NCBI GenBank assembly: GCA_030526995.1
Contig: JAUNBP010000001.1
Span: forward strand, 28,963-92,962
Origin: Clostridia bacterium
Lineage (GTDB): Bacteria; Bacillota; Clostridia; Christensenellales; CAG-138
DNA length: 64,000 nucleotides
Reading direction: 5' to 3'
Part shown: positions 9,868 to 18,755 of the stretch, one piece after another
How the letters are laid out: every line of letters starts with the position of its first letter
Numbering within the stretch: the stretch's first letter is position 1
Notes under the pieces: model-generated
The model's database searches: none
Told to the model about the DNA's origin: nothing
Seen by the model: the letters and a program-made list of their open reading frames with translations, nothing else
Program-made: the position numbers and the translations under genes

Positions 9868-11070
9868 ATGGAGCGTGTAGAGCTACAAAAAAGCCCCCTG
9901 TTTCATAAGCGTCTGTCGCTGTTCATGGCGGTAGGAACGCTTATCGGCGTATGCGCCGCAGCGGTGGAAAGCGACGTCTTTTCGATAGTTGCAATGGCGC
10001 TGTGCGCCGCAGGCTTTGTGCTTTTTAGCAGCAGATACCTGCATCTTAGCCTAATGTGCCTCCTTGCCCTGCTCATGATAGGCCTGCAGTATGCGCTTGG
10101 GGGTAGGAGCTTCGATTTTGAAAATTCGTCGCTCTACGGCTGGACCTTGGGGCTTAGGGAGGGTATGGAAGCAAAAATCGACCTGCTCTTCGACGATTAT
10201 AACGGCTTAATCAAGGGGCTGCTGTTGGGCGACAAGTACGGAATATCGCAGGAGCTGTACTCCGTCTACGTCAACAACGGGGTTGCCCACCTCTTTGCCG
10301 TCTCGGGCCTGCATATTTCCATATTGAGCGGCTTCGTTTTAAGGCTGTTTAGGCCCGTTGCACAGTGGCTAAGGGCAACGGTTCTCGTTGCGTTTTTGGC
10401 AATCTACGTTTGCCTCACGGGGCTTTCACCCTCTGCGATGCGTGCTGCGGTCATGCTTCTCGTAATTCTTTCGGCAAAGCTCGTCAAGGGCAGACCCGAT
10501 TACCTGTCCGCCTTTAGTATAGCTATGACCGTCGTGCTGTTCGTCTCCCCAAGCGCAATACAAAGGTCGAGCTTTCTGCTCTCCTTCGGCTGCGTGTACG
10601 GCATTTTAATGCTCTCCGACCCGCTAAAAAAGTTTCTCAGAATGCCAAAAGGCATGGTTTCAAGCCTGCTCATAACGGGTGTGGTCGTAAACTTTGCGGT
10701 GCTGCCGTGGAGCGCCAAGTTCTTTGGCGGCATCTCCTTAACCGCCATCCCCATATCCATATTGGTGCTGCCGCTCTCGTCGATATTGATTATCTCCTCC
10801 TTCGTTGCGGTGGTTGTAAGCTACATCTTCCAACCGCTTGCGGCGGTCATAGCCTATCTGCCAAAGGGCTTGCTGTTCTGCATAAACCATCTTTTGAACT
10901 GGGCGAATGTCGGACTGTTCAGCCTAAAGGCGCCAAACGATATTTCAACCGCCCTTTGGTTCGTATCCATCTTCTTCTTGTCCAAGTATTACCTGCCCAA
11001 TCGCACCAAATTCCCGATAATAGGCGTTTTATTGCTCGCAGCCTCAATTCTCCTTTGGATTCTCATTTAA
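9868..11070 (+). CDS. ComEC/Rec2 competence-domain membrane protein (short form)
   Basis: GVAHLFAVSGLH, SPSAMRA, SFLLSF; no C-terminal beta-lactamase-like domain; start uncertain. Confidence 0.85.
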   Translation: MERVELQKSPLFHKRLSLFMAVGTLIGVCAAAVESDVFSIVAMALCAAGFVLFSSRYLHLSLMCLLALLMIGLQYALGGRSFDFENSSLYGWTLGLREGMEAKIDLLFDDYNGLIKGLLLGDKYGISQELYSVYVNNGVAHLFAVSGLHISILSGFVLRLFRPVAQWLRATVLVAFLAIYVCLTGLSPSAMRAAVMLLVILSAKLVKGRPDYLSAFSIAMTVVLFVSPSAIQRSSFLLSFGCVYGILMLSDPLKKFLRMPKGMVSSLLITGVVVNFAVLPWSAKFFGGISLTAIPISILVLPLSSILIISSFVAVVVSYIFQPLAAVIAYLPKGLLFCINHLLNWANVGLFSLKAPNDISTALWFVSIFFLSKYYLPNRTKFPIIGVLLLAASILLWILI

Positions 11071-11204
11071 TGTATCACTAAAGAGACAATATATTTACGA
11101 TTCATTTACGAAATTCGATTTTTATCGATTGCCTTACACCTTTTATTTCGGGCGAAAATCGGTATATAATGCATACAAGGAACCGGAAAATTTTAGGAGG
11201 TAAT

Positions 11205-11990
11205 ATGAGAACAATAAAACTCTTGAGTTGTGACCGTGCGCTGCTCGATTCGATGCGCACGGCTGTTAGTGACGCGGAGGAGTTGGTGTGGGCAGGGGAT
11301 GGAAGCGAGGCACACGGGGACGGGGCAGCAAAAGCGGAGCTGCTGCTTGTGGACTTATCGACGGAGGATAGGGTTTTAAGGGAGGACATCGATGCAGCCT
11401 CATTCATAGCAACGATTAGCGACCCCCTCTGCGACGCCGATACGATTGCCGAGCTGAACGGCAGGATAAGCTATCATTTTGTAAAGCCAATCTCCCCCGA
11501 AAACCTCATTCGCAAGGTATTGAGAATAGTTGAGGGCGAGGGCGAGATAACGGCACTCGAGTGGCAAACCCGACAAATAGAGGCGTGTCTGAGTGCGCTT
11601 TCGGTGCCCAGTCATCTCTTGGGCCATCGCTACGCCCTGCAAGCGGTACGCCTTATCGCAGAAAACGAAACCAACACGCACATAGGCATGATGCACACGG
11701 TATATCCTACGATAGCGGAAAACTGCGGCACATCCGCGGTCATGGTGGACAGGGCGATACGCCACGCAATAGATGTAAGCTGGAAGAAGGGGAACATCAG
11801 GGTTCAACGCATATACTTTGGCTACTGCGCCTACGACAAAAAGGGAATTCCGACCAATTCGGAGTTCCTCTTTGCTATAGCCGAACAGCTAAAGTTAATG
11901 TTTGCAAATTCCCAACCGGACAGGGCGTTCAAGCAGAGGATAGGCGAGCTTGAACAAGAGTTGGGCAGCGGGGAAAAGGTGCTCGGCTAA
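11205..11990 (+). CDS. Spo0A C-terminal-domain regulator with degenerate receiver domain
   Basis: HLLGHRY, YPTIA...VDRAIRHAI, PTNSEF; LLLVD and KP receiver remnants; GGAGG RBS. Confidence 0.85.
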   Translation: MRTIKLLSCDRALLDSMRTAVSDAEELVWAGDGSEAHGDGAAKAELLLVDLSTEDRVLREDIDAASFIATISDPLCDADTIAELNGRISYHFVKPISPENLIRKVLRIVEGEGEITALEWQTRQIEACLSALSVPSHLLGHRYALQAVRLIAENETNTHIGMMHTVYPTIAENCGTSAVMVDRAIRHAIDVSWKKGNIRVQRIYFGYCAYDKKGIPTNSEFLFAIAEQLKLMFANSQPDRAFKQRIGELEQELGSGEKVLG

Positions 11991-12014
11991 GGAGAAGGTT
12001 TTGAGTTCGTTGCG

Positions 12015-13250
12015 CTAACCGAAATACTCCGACAGGGCGAGCAGGATTCCGTTTGCAACGTTGGCAGGCGTTTTATCGGCAGTGATTATCGCAAGGTCGT
12101 CGGCATTGTCGTGATAGCCTATCTCCAGCAAGACCGCAGGCAGGTTGTTCTCCCTCGTCATGAAATAGTCGTTGATAATAACCTTTTCGCTTCGCTTATT
12201 CAGCCCCGTCTGCTCGGAGACGTGGGTGTTTAGAAGGTCACCCAAGCGAAGGCTGTTCTCGGCTTGATAGCCGTCGTAGTAGGTGGGATTGTAGGTGTTA
12301 TCGGTGCAGTAGACCAAGAGCCCTCGGTTCAGCCCCGACTGCGAGCCTGCTGAGGCGTTGGTGTGCAGGGATATGTAGACCATGTTCGCCAGCCTCGGAT
12401 CCTTCTCATACTCATATATGAGCTTGGTGTCGGGGTGTATCACCCTGAGCCTGCTGTTATCATAGGGCGTAAAGTAGTACAGCTTTGCAAGCTCCCCGTT
12501 GTCCTCGTCGGTGCCGGGGCGGTACTGCCCGATTATGGCGTCCATTATCCCGATAAGCCTGTCATATTCGGCAATTTTCAGCAGGATTGAGGGATCATAG
12601 GGCTCGGTGGCAAGCTCCGAATCGTAGAGCTTAAGTTGGTTTAAGGCATACTTGTGAACCATGGAAACCCGCACGTAGTTGCCGACCATATACCTGTCGG
12701 AGCGGGTCAGGATTACGGTTGCGCCGTGCTCCTCCAACAGAGCCTTGGTTTCAAGCGCAAAGGTTAGAACCCGATCGGCCTCGGCATAGGTTAAAAGCCC
12801 GTTTACAGCCATCCTGCCGCCGTACAGCGAGCCGGTAACGCTGTCATAGCCATGCCCGGGGTCTAAGAATATCACCTTTCCGCTCAAATCCGGTCTTTCC
12901 TCAACGGGAGGGGGCACGGGCGCAGTGGAGGGCGGAATCGTATCGATTTTCACGACATAGCGAAGTATGCAGGCGGCGTCGGTTGCGGAAACCGCCTCGT
13001 CTTGGTCGGCGTCGGCAAAGGGAAGCAGCTCATCGGGGATGGCCTCAATTAAAACCAAGTGCCGCAGGACGGCGGAAGCATCGGTAGCGTCAACGGAGCC
13101 GTCGCCGTTTGCATCGCCAAGCTCAATCTCCCCCTCCGCAAACGCAGTTGGGAGGCTGAAACACATAAAGATAAGTGCGCATACTATCGCCAAAAGTCGT
13201 CTCTTTCCATTCATAAGCCACATTATAAATGGAAAAAGGCTTTCTGCCAA
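12015..13250 (-). CDS. secreted N-acetylmuramoyl-L-alanine amidase (Amidase_3) with N-terminal dockerin
   Basis: Signal peptide; paired Ca-loop dockerin repeats GDANGDGSVDATDA and ADADQDEAVSATDA; IFLDPGHG, ISLHTN, LLEIGY; true start probably MNGKRR. Confidence 0.88.
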   Translation of the reverse strand: MAESLFPFIMWLMNGKRRLLAIVCALIFMCFSLPTAFAEGEIELGDANGDGSVDATDASAVLRHLVLIEAIPDELLPFADADQDEAVSATDAACILRYVVKIDTIPPSTAPVPPPVEERPDLSGKVIFLDPGHGYDSVTGSLYGGRMAVNGLLTYAEADRVLTFALETKALLEEHGATVILTRSDRYMVGNYVRVSMVHKYALNQLKLYDSELATEPYDPSILLKIAEYDRLIGIMDAIIGQYRPGTDEDNGELAKLYYFTPYDNSRLRVIHPDTKLIYEYEKDPRLANMVYISLHTNASAGSQSGLNRGLLVYCTDNTYNPTYYDGYQAENSLRLGDLLNTHVSEQTGLNKRSEKVIINDYFMTRENNLPAVLLEIGYHDNADDLAIITADKTPANVANGILLALSEYFG

Positions 13251-13408
13251 TCGGTAAATTTTGTTGTTTTTTATTTGTTTACACTAACAAAGCCAACAAA
13301 AGCCAAAGCCGAGCATTCCCCTCCTTTTTATCGCATATAAGTAAACAGAGGCTCAAAATGACAAAATATGCAATCTGTGGTACAATACACAAAAAAGGAG
13401 GGCTGCCC

Positions 13409-13963
13409 ATCAAACACATAGCCGAGCTGATTACATTTTCCCGCATTCCCATGGCTGCAGGCTTGGTCTTGACGGCCCCGTTTTCGACGGCGTTTTGGGT
13501 CTTGTATTGTCTCTGCGGCGCAAGCGATGCGATAGACGGGGCGGTTGCAAGAAAGCTCGGCATACAAAGCGAGCGGGGAGCGCTGCTTGACAGCATAGCG
13601 GATATGGTTTTCTTTGCAGCCGTAATTTTTGTGGCCGCAATAAATTTTGAAATCCCGACATGGCTCATAGTGGGAACAGCTATCGTTTCTGCAATTCGGC
13701 TTTCAAGCTGCGGGCTTGGCCTTTATAGGTTTCACACGCTGCCCCTGCTGCACACCTATGCGAATAAGGCGGCAGGACTCGTCCTTTTCGCCTTTTTGGG
13801 ACTGGGTCGGCTGCTCGGAGTTGCGGCAGCGGGTGCGATTGCACTCGCCTTTACGAGCCTGTCCTCGATTGAGGAACTGATTATCGTCTCAAGGACAAAA
13901 GAGCTGCACAGAAACGTTAGGGGGCTTTGGCTCAAAAAGGCAGACAAGGTCGAAATTCCCTGA
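13409..13963 (+). CDS. CDP-alcohol phosphatidyltransferase family protein
   Basis: DAIDGAVAR...GALLDSIAD motif; start uncertain (ATC after GGAGGG). Confidence 0.85.
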   Translation: MKHIAELITFSRIPMAAGLVLTAPFSTAFWVLYCLCGASDAIDGAVARKLGIQSERGALLDSIADMVFFAAVIFVAAINFEIPTWLIVGTAIVSAIRLSSCGLGLYRFHTLPLLHTYANKAAGLVLFAFLGLGRLLGVAAAGAIALAFTSLSSIEELIIVSRTKELHRNVRGLWLKKADKVEIP

Positions 13964-14050
13964 ACTTATCGATGATGTTGGGGATTGACTTTTATATATT
14001 ATTGTGCTATAGTCTGTGAGAAAACGAATTATGGAGTATAATGGAGTATA

Positions 14051-14773
14051 ATGATGAAAATTGTAGTTGGAACAAGAGAAGAAATTGCAAAGAAGGCAGC
14101 CGCAAGATATGAAAAGCTGCTGAACGAAAGGCCCAACGCCGTTTTGGGCTTTGCCACGGGTTCAACGCCCTTGGATTTGTACGGCGAATTGATAAACCTC
14201 AACAAGGCGGGAAGGCTCTCCTTTGCCGAGGTTACGAGCTTCAATCTCGACGAATATGTGGGCTTGGACGGAACGCACGATCAGTCCTACCGCTATTTTA
14301 TGAACGAAAACCTGTTCAATCACGTGGACATTCGCAAGGAATGCACCTTCGTGCCCTCGGGCTTGGACGTATCCGACGAGAAGGCAGCGCAATACGACGA
14401 GGCTATAAAGGCAGCCGGCGGAATCGATGTGCAGCTTTTGGGCATAGGCAACAACGGTCACATCGGCTTTAACGAGCCGAATACGCCCTTTGGCAGCATC
14501 ACCCACGTCGTTGAGCTTACGCAGAACACGAGGGAGGTCAACTCAAGGTTTTTTGCAAGCATCGACGAGGTGCCGACCCATGCGGTCACCATGGGCATCA
14601 AGACGGTTATGAACGCCAAGAGCATCATCTTGGTTGCGCTCGGCAAGGCAAAGGCACCCATCATACGCGAAACCGTTTTGGGCGAGGTCACGCCAAAAGT
14701 ACCCGCTTCAGTCCTTCAGCTTCATCCCGAAGTGGAGATTTACCTCGATTACGAAGCAGCATCACTGCTTTAA
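14051..14773 (+). CDS. nagB: glucosamine-6-phosphate deaminase
   Basis: GFATGSTP, FNLDEY, GIGNNGHIGFNEP. Confidence 0.97.
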   Translation: MMKIVVGTREEIAKKAAARYEKLLNERPNAVLGFATGSTPLDLYGELINLNKAGRLSFAEVTSFNLDEYVGLDGTHDQSYRYFMNENLFNHVDIRKECTFVPSGLDVSDEKAAQYDEAIKAAGGIDVQLLGIGNNGHIGFNEPNTPFGSITHVVELTQNTREVNSRFFASIDEVPTHAVTMGIKTVMNAKSIILVALGKAKAPIIRETVLGEVTPKVPASVLQLHPEVEIYLDYEAASLL

Positions 14774-14831
14774 TATATCCAAAAAGCACCGCTTACAAGG
14801 CGGTGTTTATCTGTGCATTTAAGGAGGAGTT

Positions 14832-16184
14832 ATGTCAAAATATTTTGGAACCGACGGATTCAGAGGAGATGCCAACACAGTGCTGACCGTCGAGCACGCC
14901 TTCAAAATTGGAAGGTTTTTAGGTTGGTATTACGGCAAGGAGCATAAGGCGAGGATAGTCATAGGCAAGGACACCCGCCGCTCGAGCTACATGTTTGAGT
15001 GCGCATTGGCAGCGGGGCTTACCGCCTCGGGCGCCGATGCCTACCTGCTTCACGTAACGACTACCCCGAGCGTATCTTACGTTGCAAGAACCGAGGATTT
15101 CGACTGCGGAATCATGATATCGGCAAGCCACAACCCGTTCCACGACAACGGCATAAAGCTGTTAAACGGCAACGGCGAGAAGATGGAGGACTCGGTTATC
15201 AACGAAGTTGAAACGTATTTGGACGGCGGCTACGGGGAGCTTCCGCTTGCAACCGGTGCAGATATCGGAATGGTCATAGACCATGCTGCGGGCAGAAACC
15301 GCTATGTAGGCTATCTCATCTCACTGGCAACGCAGTCCTACAAGGGCATAAAGATAGGGCTTGACTGCGCCAACGGCAGCACATGGATGATAGCCAAGAG
15401 CGTCTTTGATGCGCTCGGAGCTGAAACCTACGTGATAAACAATACCCCCAACGGGCTGAACATCAATACCGACTGCGGCTCAACGCATATCGAGTACCTC
15501 AAGGAGTTCGTTCGCGAGAACGGGCTGGACGTGGGCTTTGCCTTTGACGGCGATGCCGACCGCTGCCTTGCCGTCGATGAGTACGGCGAGGAGGTCAACG
15601 GCGATAAGATAATGTACATCTACGCCCTGTACATGAAGGAGAGGGAAAAGCTCGCCAACAACACGCTGGTGACCACCGTAATGTCCAACTTCGGGCTTTA
15701 TAAGGCCTTGGATAAGGCGGGCATCAACTACGAAAAGACCAAGGTGGGCGACAAGTATGTTTACGAGAACATGCGTCAAAACGGGCATCTTATCGGCGGC
15801 GAGCAGTCGGGACACATCATCTTTTCAAAGTATGCCAACACCGGCGACGGCGTTTTGACTGCTATAAAGGTCATGCAGGCAATGGTGGCGAAAAAGAGCA
15901 CGCTGTCCGAGCTTGCAAAGCCTGTAACTATGTATCCGCAGGTTCTAAAGAACGTCAAGGTCACGGATAAGGAGACGACTTTGAACGATGCCCACGTGCT
16001 TGCAGCGGTAAAAGCGGTAGAGGAGCGCTTGGGCAACAACGGCAGGATTCTGCTTCGTGCAAGCGGCACCGAGCCGGTTTTGAGGGTCATGGTGGAGGCG
16101 GACACGCACGAGCTGTGCGAACTCAACGTCGATTACGTGATTGATGCCATGGCGGAACAAGGTTATCTATTGGGAGTGAAATAA
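14832..16184 (+). CDS. glmM: phosphoglucosamine mutase
   Basis: YFGTDGFRG, ISASHNP, FDGDADR, GGEQSGH, RASGTEP. Confidence 0.97.
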   Translation: MSKYFGTDGFRGDANTVLTVEHAFKIGRFLGWYYGKEHKARIVIGKDTRRSSYMFECALAAGLTASGADAYLLHVTTTPSVSYVARTEDFDCGIMISASHNPFHDNGIKLLNGNGEKMEDSVINEVETYLDGGYGELPLATGADIGMVIDHAAGRNRYVGYLISLATQSYKGIKIGLDCANGSTWMIAKSVFDALGAETYVINNTPNGLNINTDCGSTHIEYLKEFVRENGLDVGFAFDGDADRCLAVDEYGEEVNGDKIMYIYALYMKEREKLANNTLVTTVMSNFGLYKALDKAGINYEKTKVGDKYVYENMRQNGHLIGGEQSGHIIFSKYANTGDGVLTAIKVMQAMVAKKSTLSELAKPVTMYPQVLKNVKVTDKETTLNDAHVLAAVKAVEERLGNNGRILLRASGTEPVLRVMVEADTHELCELNVDYVIDAMAEQGYLLGVK

Positions 16185-16846
16185 TGTACACGATAAAAGA
16201 TTTACTGGACACGGAAAAGACGATAGCAGCGGGGCTGTTCGAGGGCAAGACCTACCCTTGGGAGGTTTTGGACGAGATAAAGGACTTTATAATTGAGCTT
16301 GGCAAGACCCTGCCTGCGGAGGAATACGACAATCCAAGGGAGAACGTGTGGATTGCCAAGGACGCTACGGTGTTTGACAGCGCCTACATCAACGGCCCCT
16401 GCATAATCGACCACAAGGCGGAGGTGCGCCAGTGTGCGTTCATCCGCGGCAGCGCACTCGTGGGCAAGAACTGCGTGGTAGGAAACTCGACCGAGCTTAA
16501 AAACGTCGTGCTGTTCGACAACGTTCAGGTTCCTCATTACAACTACGTGGGCGATTCCATTTTGGGCTACAAGTCGCACATGGGCGCAGGCTCCATAACC
16601 TCGAACGTCAAGAGCGACAAGACCAAGGTCGTCGTCAAAAACGGCGATGAGCAGATTGCAACCGGCAGAAAGAAGTTCGGCGCAGTGTTGGGCGACTTTG
16701 TCGAGGTAGGCTGCAACAGCGTGTTAAATCCGGGCACGGTCGTAGGCAGAAACAGCAACATCTATCCGGTATCCTGCGTTAGAGGCGTGATTCCCGAAAA
16801 CTCAATCTGCAAGAGCGGCGGAAAGATAGTCAAAAAGCACGATTGA
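16184..16846 (+). CDS. hexapeptide-repeat acetyltransferase resembling the GlmU C-terminal domain
   Basis: Left-handed beta-helix repeats; PHYNYVGDS; lies between glmM and glmS. Confidence 0.8.
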   Translation: MYTIKDLLDTEKTIAAGLFEGKTYPWEVLDEIKDFIIELGKTLPAEEYDNPRENVWIAKDATVFDSAYINGPCIIDHKAEVRQCAFIRGSALVGKNCVVGNSTELKNVVLFDNVQVPHYNYVGDSILGYKSHMGAGSITSNVKSDKTKVVVKNGDEQIATGRKKFGAVLGDFVEVGCNSVLNPGTVVGRNSNIYPVSCVRGVIPENSICKSGGKIVKKHD

Positions 16847-16858
16847 TAGGAGCATAGC

Positions 16859-18679
16859 ATGTGTGGCATAGTAGGCTACGTCGGTGAGAGAAACGCTGCC
16901 CCCATACTTATGAAGGGCTTGCAAAAGCTCGAATATCGGGGCTATGACAGCGCAGGAATAGCGGTTCACGACGGCAAAAAGGTAAACATCTATAAGGCAA
17001 AGGGCAGGCTCAAGGTTTTGGAGGAGAGGCACCCCTCCGATAAAATTTCGGGCACCCTCGGCATTGGGCATACCCGCTGGGCAACGCACGGCGAGCCGAG
17101 CGAATTAAACTCCCATCCCCACGTGAGCGGCAAGATTGCGGTCGTGCATAACGGGATTATAGAGAACTACCAAAGGCTAAAGCTCTGGCTCGAGGAAAAG
17201 GGCTATCACTTCGTTTCCGAGACCGACACCGAGGTTGCGGCACACCTTGTCAACCACTTTTACGAGGGCAATCTTTTGCAGGCGCTGCAAAGGGCAATAG
17301 CGCTTTTGGAGGGAAGCTTTGCGCTCGGAGTTCTAAGCTCCGACGTCCCCGACACCCTCGTTGCAGTTAGAAAGTCCAGCCCGCTGATAGTCGGAATCGG
17401 TCAAAACGAGAACTTCATAGCCTCGGACATCCCCGCCATCTTGGAACACACGAGGAACGTGTATCTCTTGGACGACGGTGACATGGTGGTTCTCAAAAAG
17501 AACAGGATTCGCATGTACAACTCCCTGGGCGAGAGGATAGAAAAGCCCGTGTTCAACGTCACGTGGGATGCGGACATGGCGGAAAAGGGCGGCTATGCGC
17601 ACTTTATGGTCAAGGAGATAAACGAAACGCCGAAGGTGCTGCACGACACCTTGAACCCGAGAATAGACAAGGACGGCAGATTTTCACTGTCTGAGATATC
17701 CAAGTTCTCCGCCATGGCAAACACGCTCAAAAGACTGTTCATTGTGGGCTGCGGCACGGCGTATAACGCCGCAATGCTCGGCAAGTATTATATAGAAAAG
17801 ATGGCGCGCATCCCCGTTGAGGTGGAGTATGCAAGCGAGTTCCGTTACAGAAAGCCCCTCATAGGTAAGGGCGACGCCTGTATAGTCATATCCCAGTCGG
17901 GCGAGACGGCAGACACGCTTGCAGCCATGCGCGAGGCGCAGAGATGCGGGGCCATGGTGGTTGCGATAACAAACGTTGTCGGCAGCTCCGTTTCGAGGGA
18001 GGCCGATGAGGTTTTCTACACTTGGGCAGGGCCGGAGATAGCGGTAGCGTCCACAAAGGCGTACAGTGCCCAGCTCATGGCGCTCTATATCATAGGCACC
18101 GAGCTTGCGTTTCGCGTCGGCGGCATAGACGAGGACTATTATCGCGAGCTTTTGACCGCATTGACCGCAATTCCAAAGCAGGCACAGACCGTTTTGGACA
18201 ACGTTGCAAGGATTCAGCAGCTTGCTGCGGAGCGGTTCAACGCCAAGAACGTGTTTTACATCGGCAGGGGCATGGACTGCCCGCTTTCTATGGAGAGTGC
18301 GCTAAAGCTAAAGGAGATATGCTACACCCACGCCGAGGCGTTCGCAGCGGGAGAACTCAAGCACGGCCCGCTTGCGCTCTTGGAAAACGGCTCGCTCGTA
18401 GTTGCCCTTATGACGCAGGAAAGCCTGCTCGACAAGACGATAAGCAACATGATTGAGTGCAGAACGAGGAATGCCTACCTTGTAGGAATAGCCATGGAGG
18501 GCAACATCCGCGCCGTCGAGACGGCGGACGACTGCATACTGATTCCCCGCACCGTTGAATGCTTTGCTCCCATGCTTGCAGCGATTGCAGCCCAGCTGTT
18601 CGCCTACTATATTTCAACGCACAAGGGCGTAGACGTTGACAAACCCCGCAACCTTGCAAAATCCGTAACGGTGGAATAG
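16859..18679 (+). CDS. glmS: glutamine--fructose-6-phosphate transaminase
   Basis: MCGIVG, GHTRWATHG, SQSGETADT, PRNLAKSVTVE. Confidence 0.98.
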   Translation: MCGIVGYVGERNAAPILMKGLQKLEYRGYDSAGIAVHDGKKVNIYKAKGRLKVLEERHPSDKISGTLGIGHTRWATHGEPSELNSHPHVSGKIAVVHNGIIENYQRLKLWLEEKGYHFVSETDTEVAAHLVNHFYEGNLLQALQRAIALLEGSFALGVLSSDVPDTLVAVRKSSPLIVGIGQNENFIASDIPAILEHTRNVYLLDDGDMVVLKKNRIRMYNSLGERIEKPVFNVTWDADMAEKGGYAHFMVKEINETPKVLHDTLNPRIDKDGRFSLSEISKFSAMANTLKRLFIVGCGTAYNAAMLGKYYIEKMARIPVEVEYASEFRYRKPLIGKGDACIVISQSGETADTLAAMREAQRCGAMVVAITNVVGSSVSREADEVFYTWAGPEIAVASTKAYSAQLMALYIIGTELAFRVGGIDEDYYRELLTALTAIPKQAQTVLDNVARIQQLAAERFNAKNVFYIGRGMDCPLSMESALKLKEICYTHAEAFAAGELKHGPLALLENGSLVVALMTQESLLDKTISNMIECRTRNAYLVGIAMEGNIRAVETADDCILIPRTVECFAPMLAAIAAQLFAYYISTHKGVDVDKPRNLAKSVTVE

Positions 18680-18755
18680 CGCTTGCGGGAAAAATTTGAC
18701 CAAACCGCACCTTTGTGTTATCATAGGGATACAGTGGGGTAGTTTGGAGGAACGA

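Noticed and set aside
9868-11070. comEC pseudogene
   Set aside because: The frame is open and the core motif is intact; short competence-domain-only forms are plausible, so decay cannot be claimed
16847-16858. glmS ribozyme
   Set aside because: Only 12 nt separate glmS from the upstream gene, and no ribozyme core was seen upstream of the cluster
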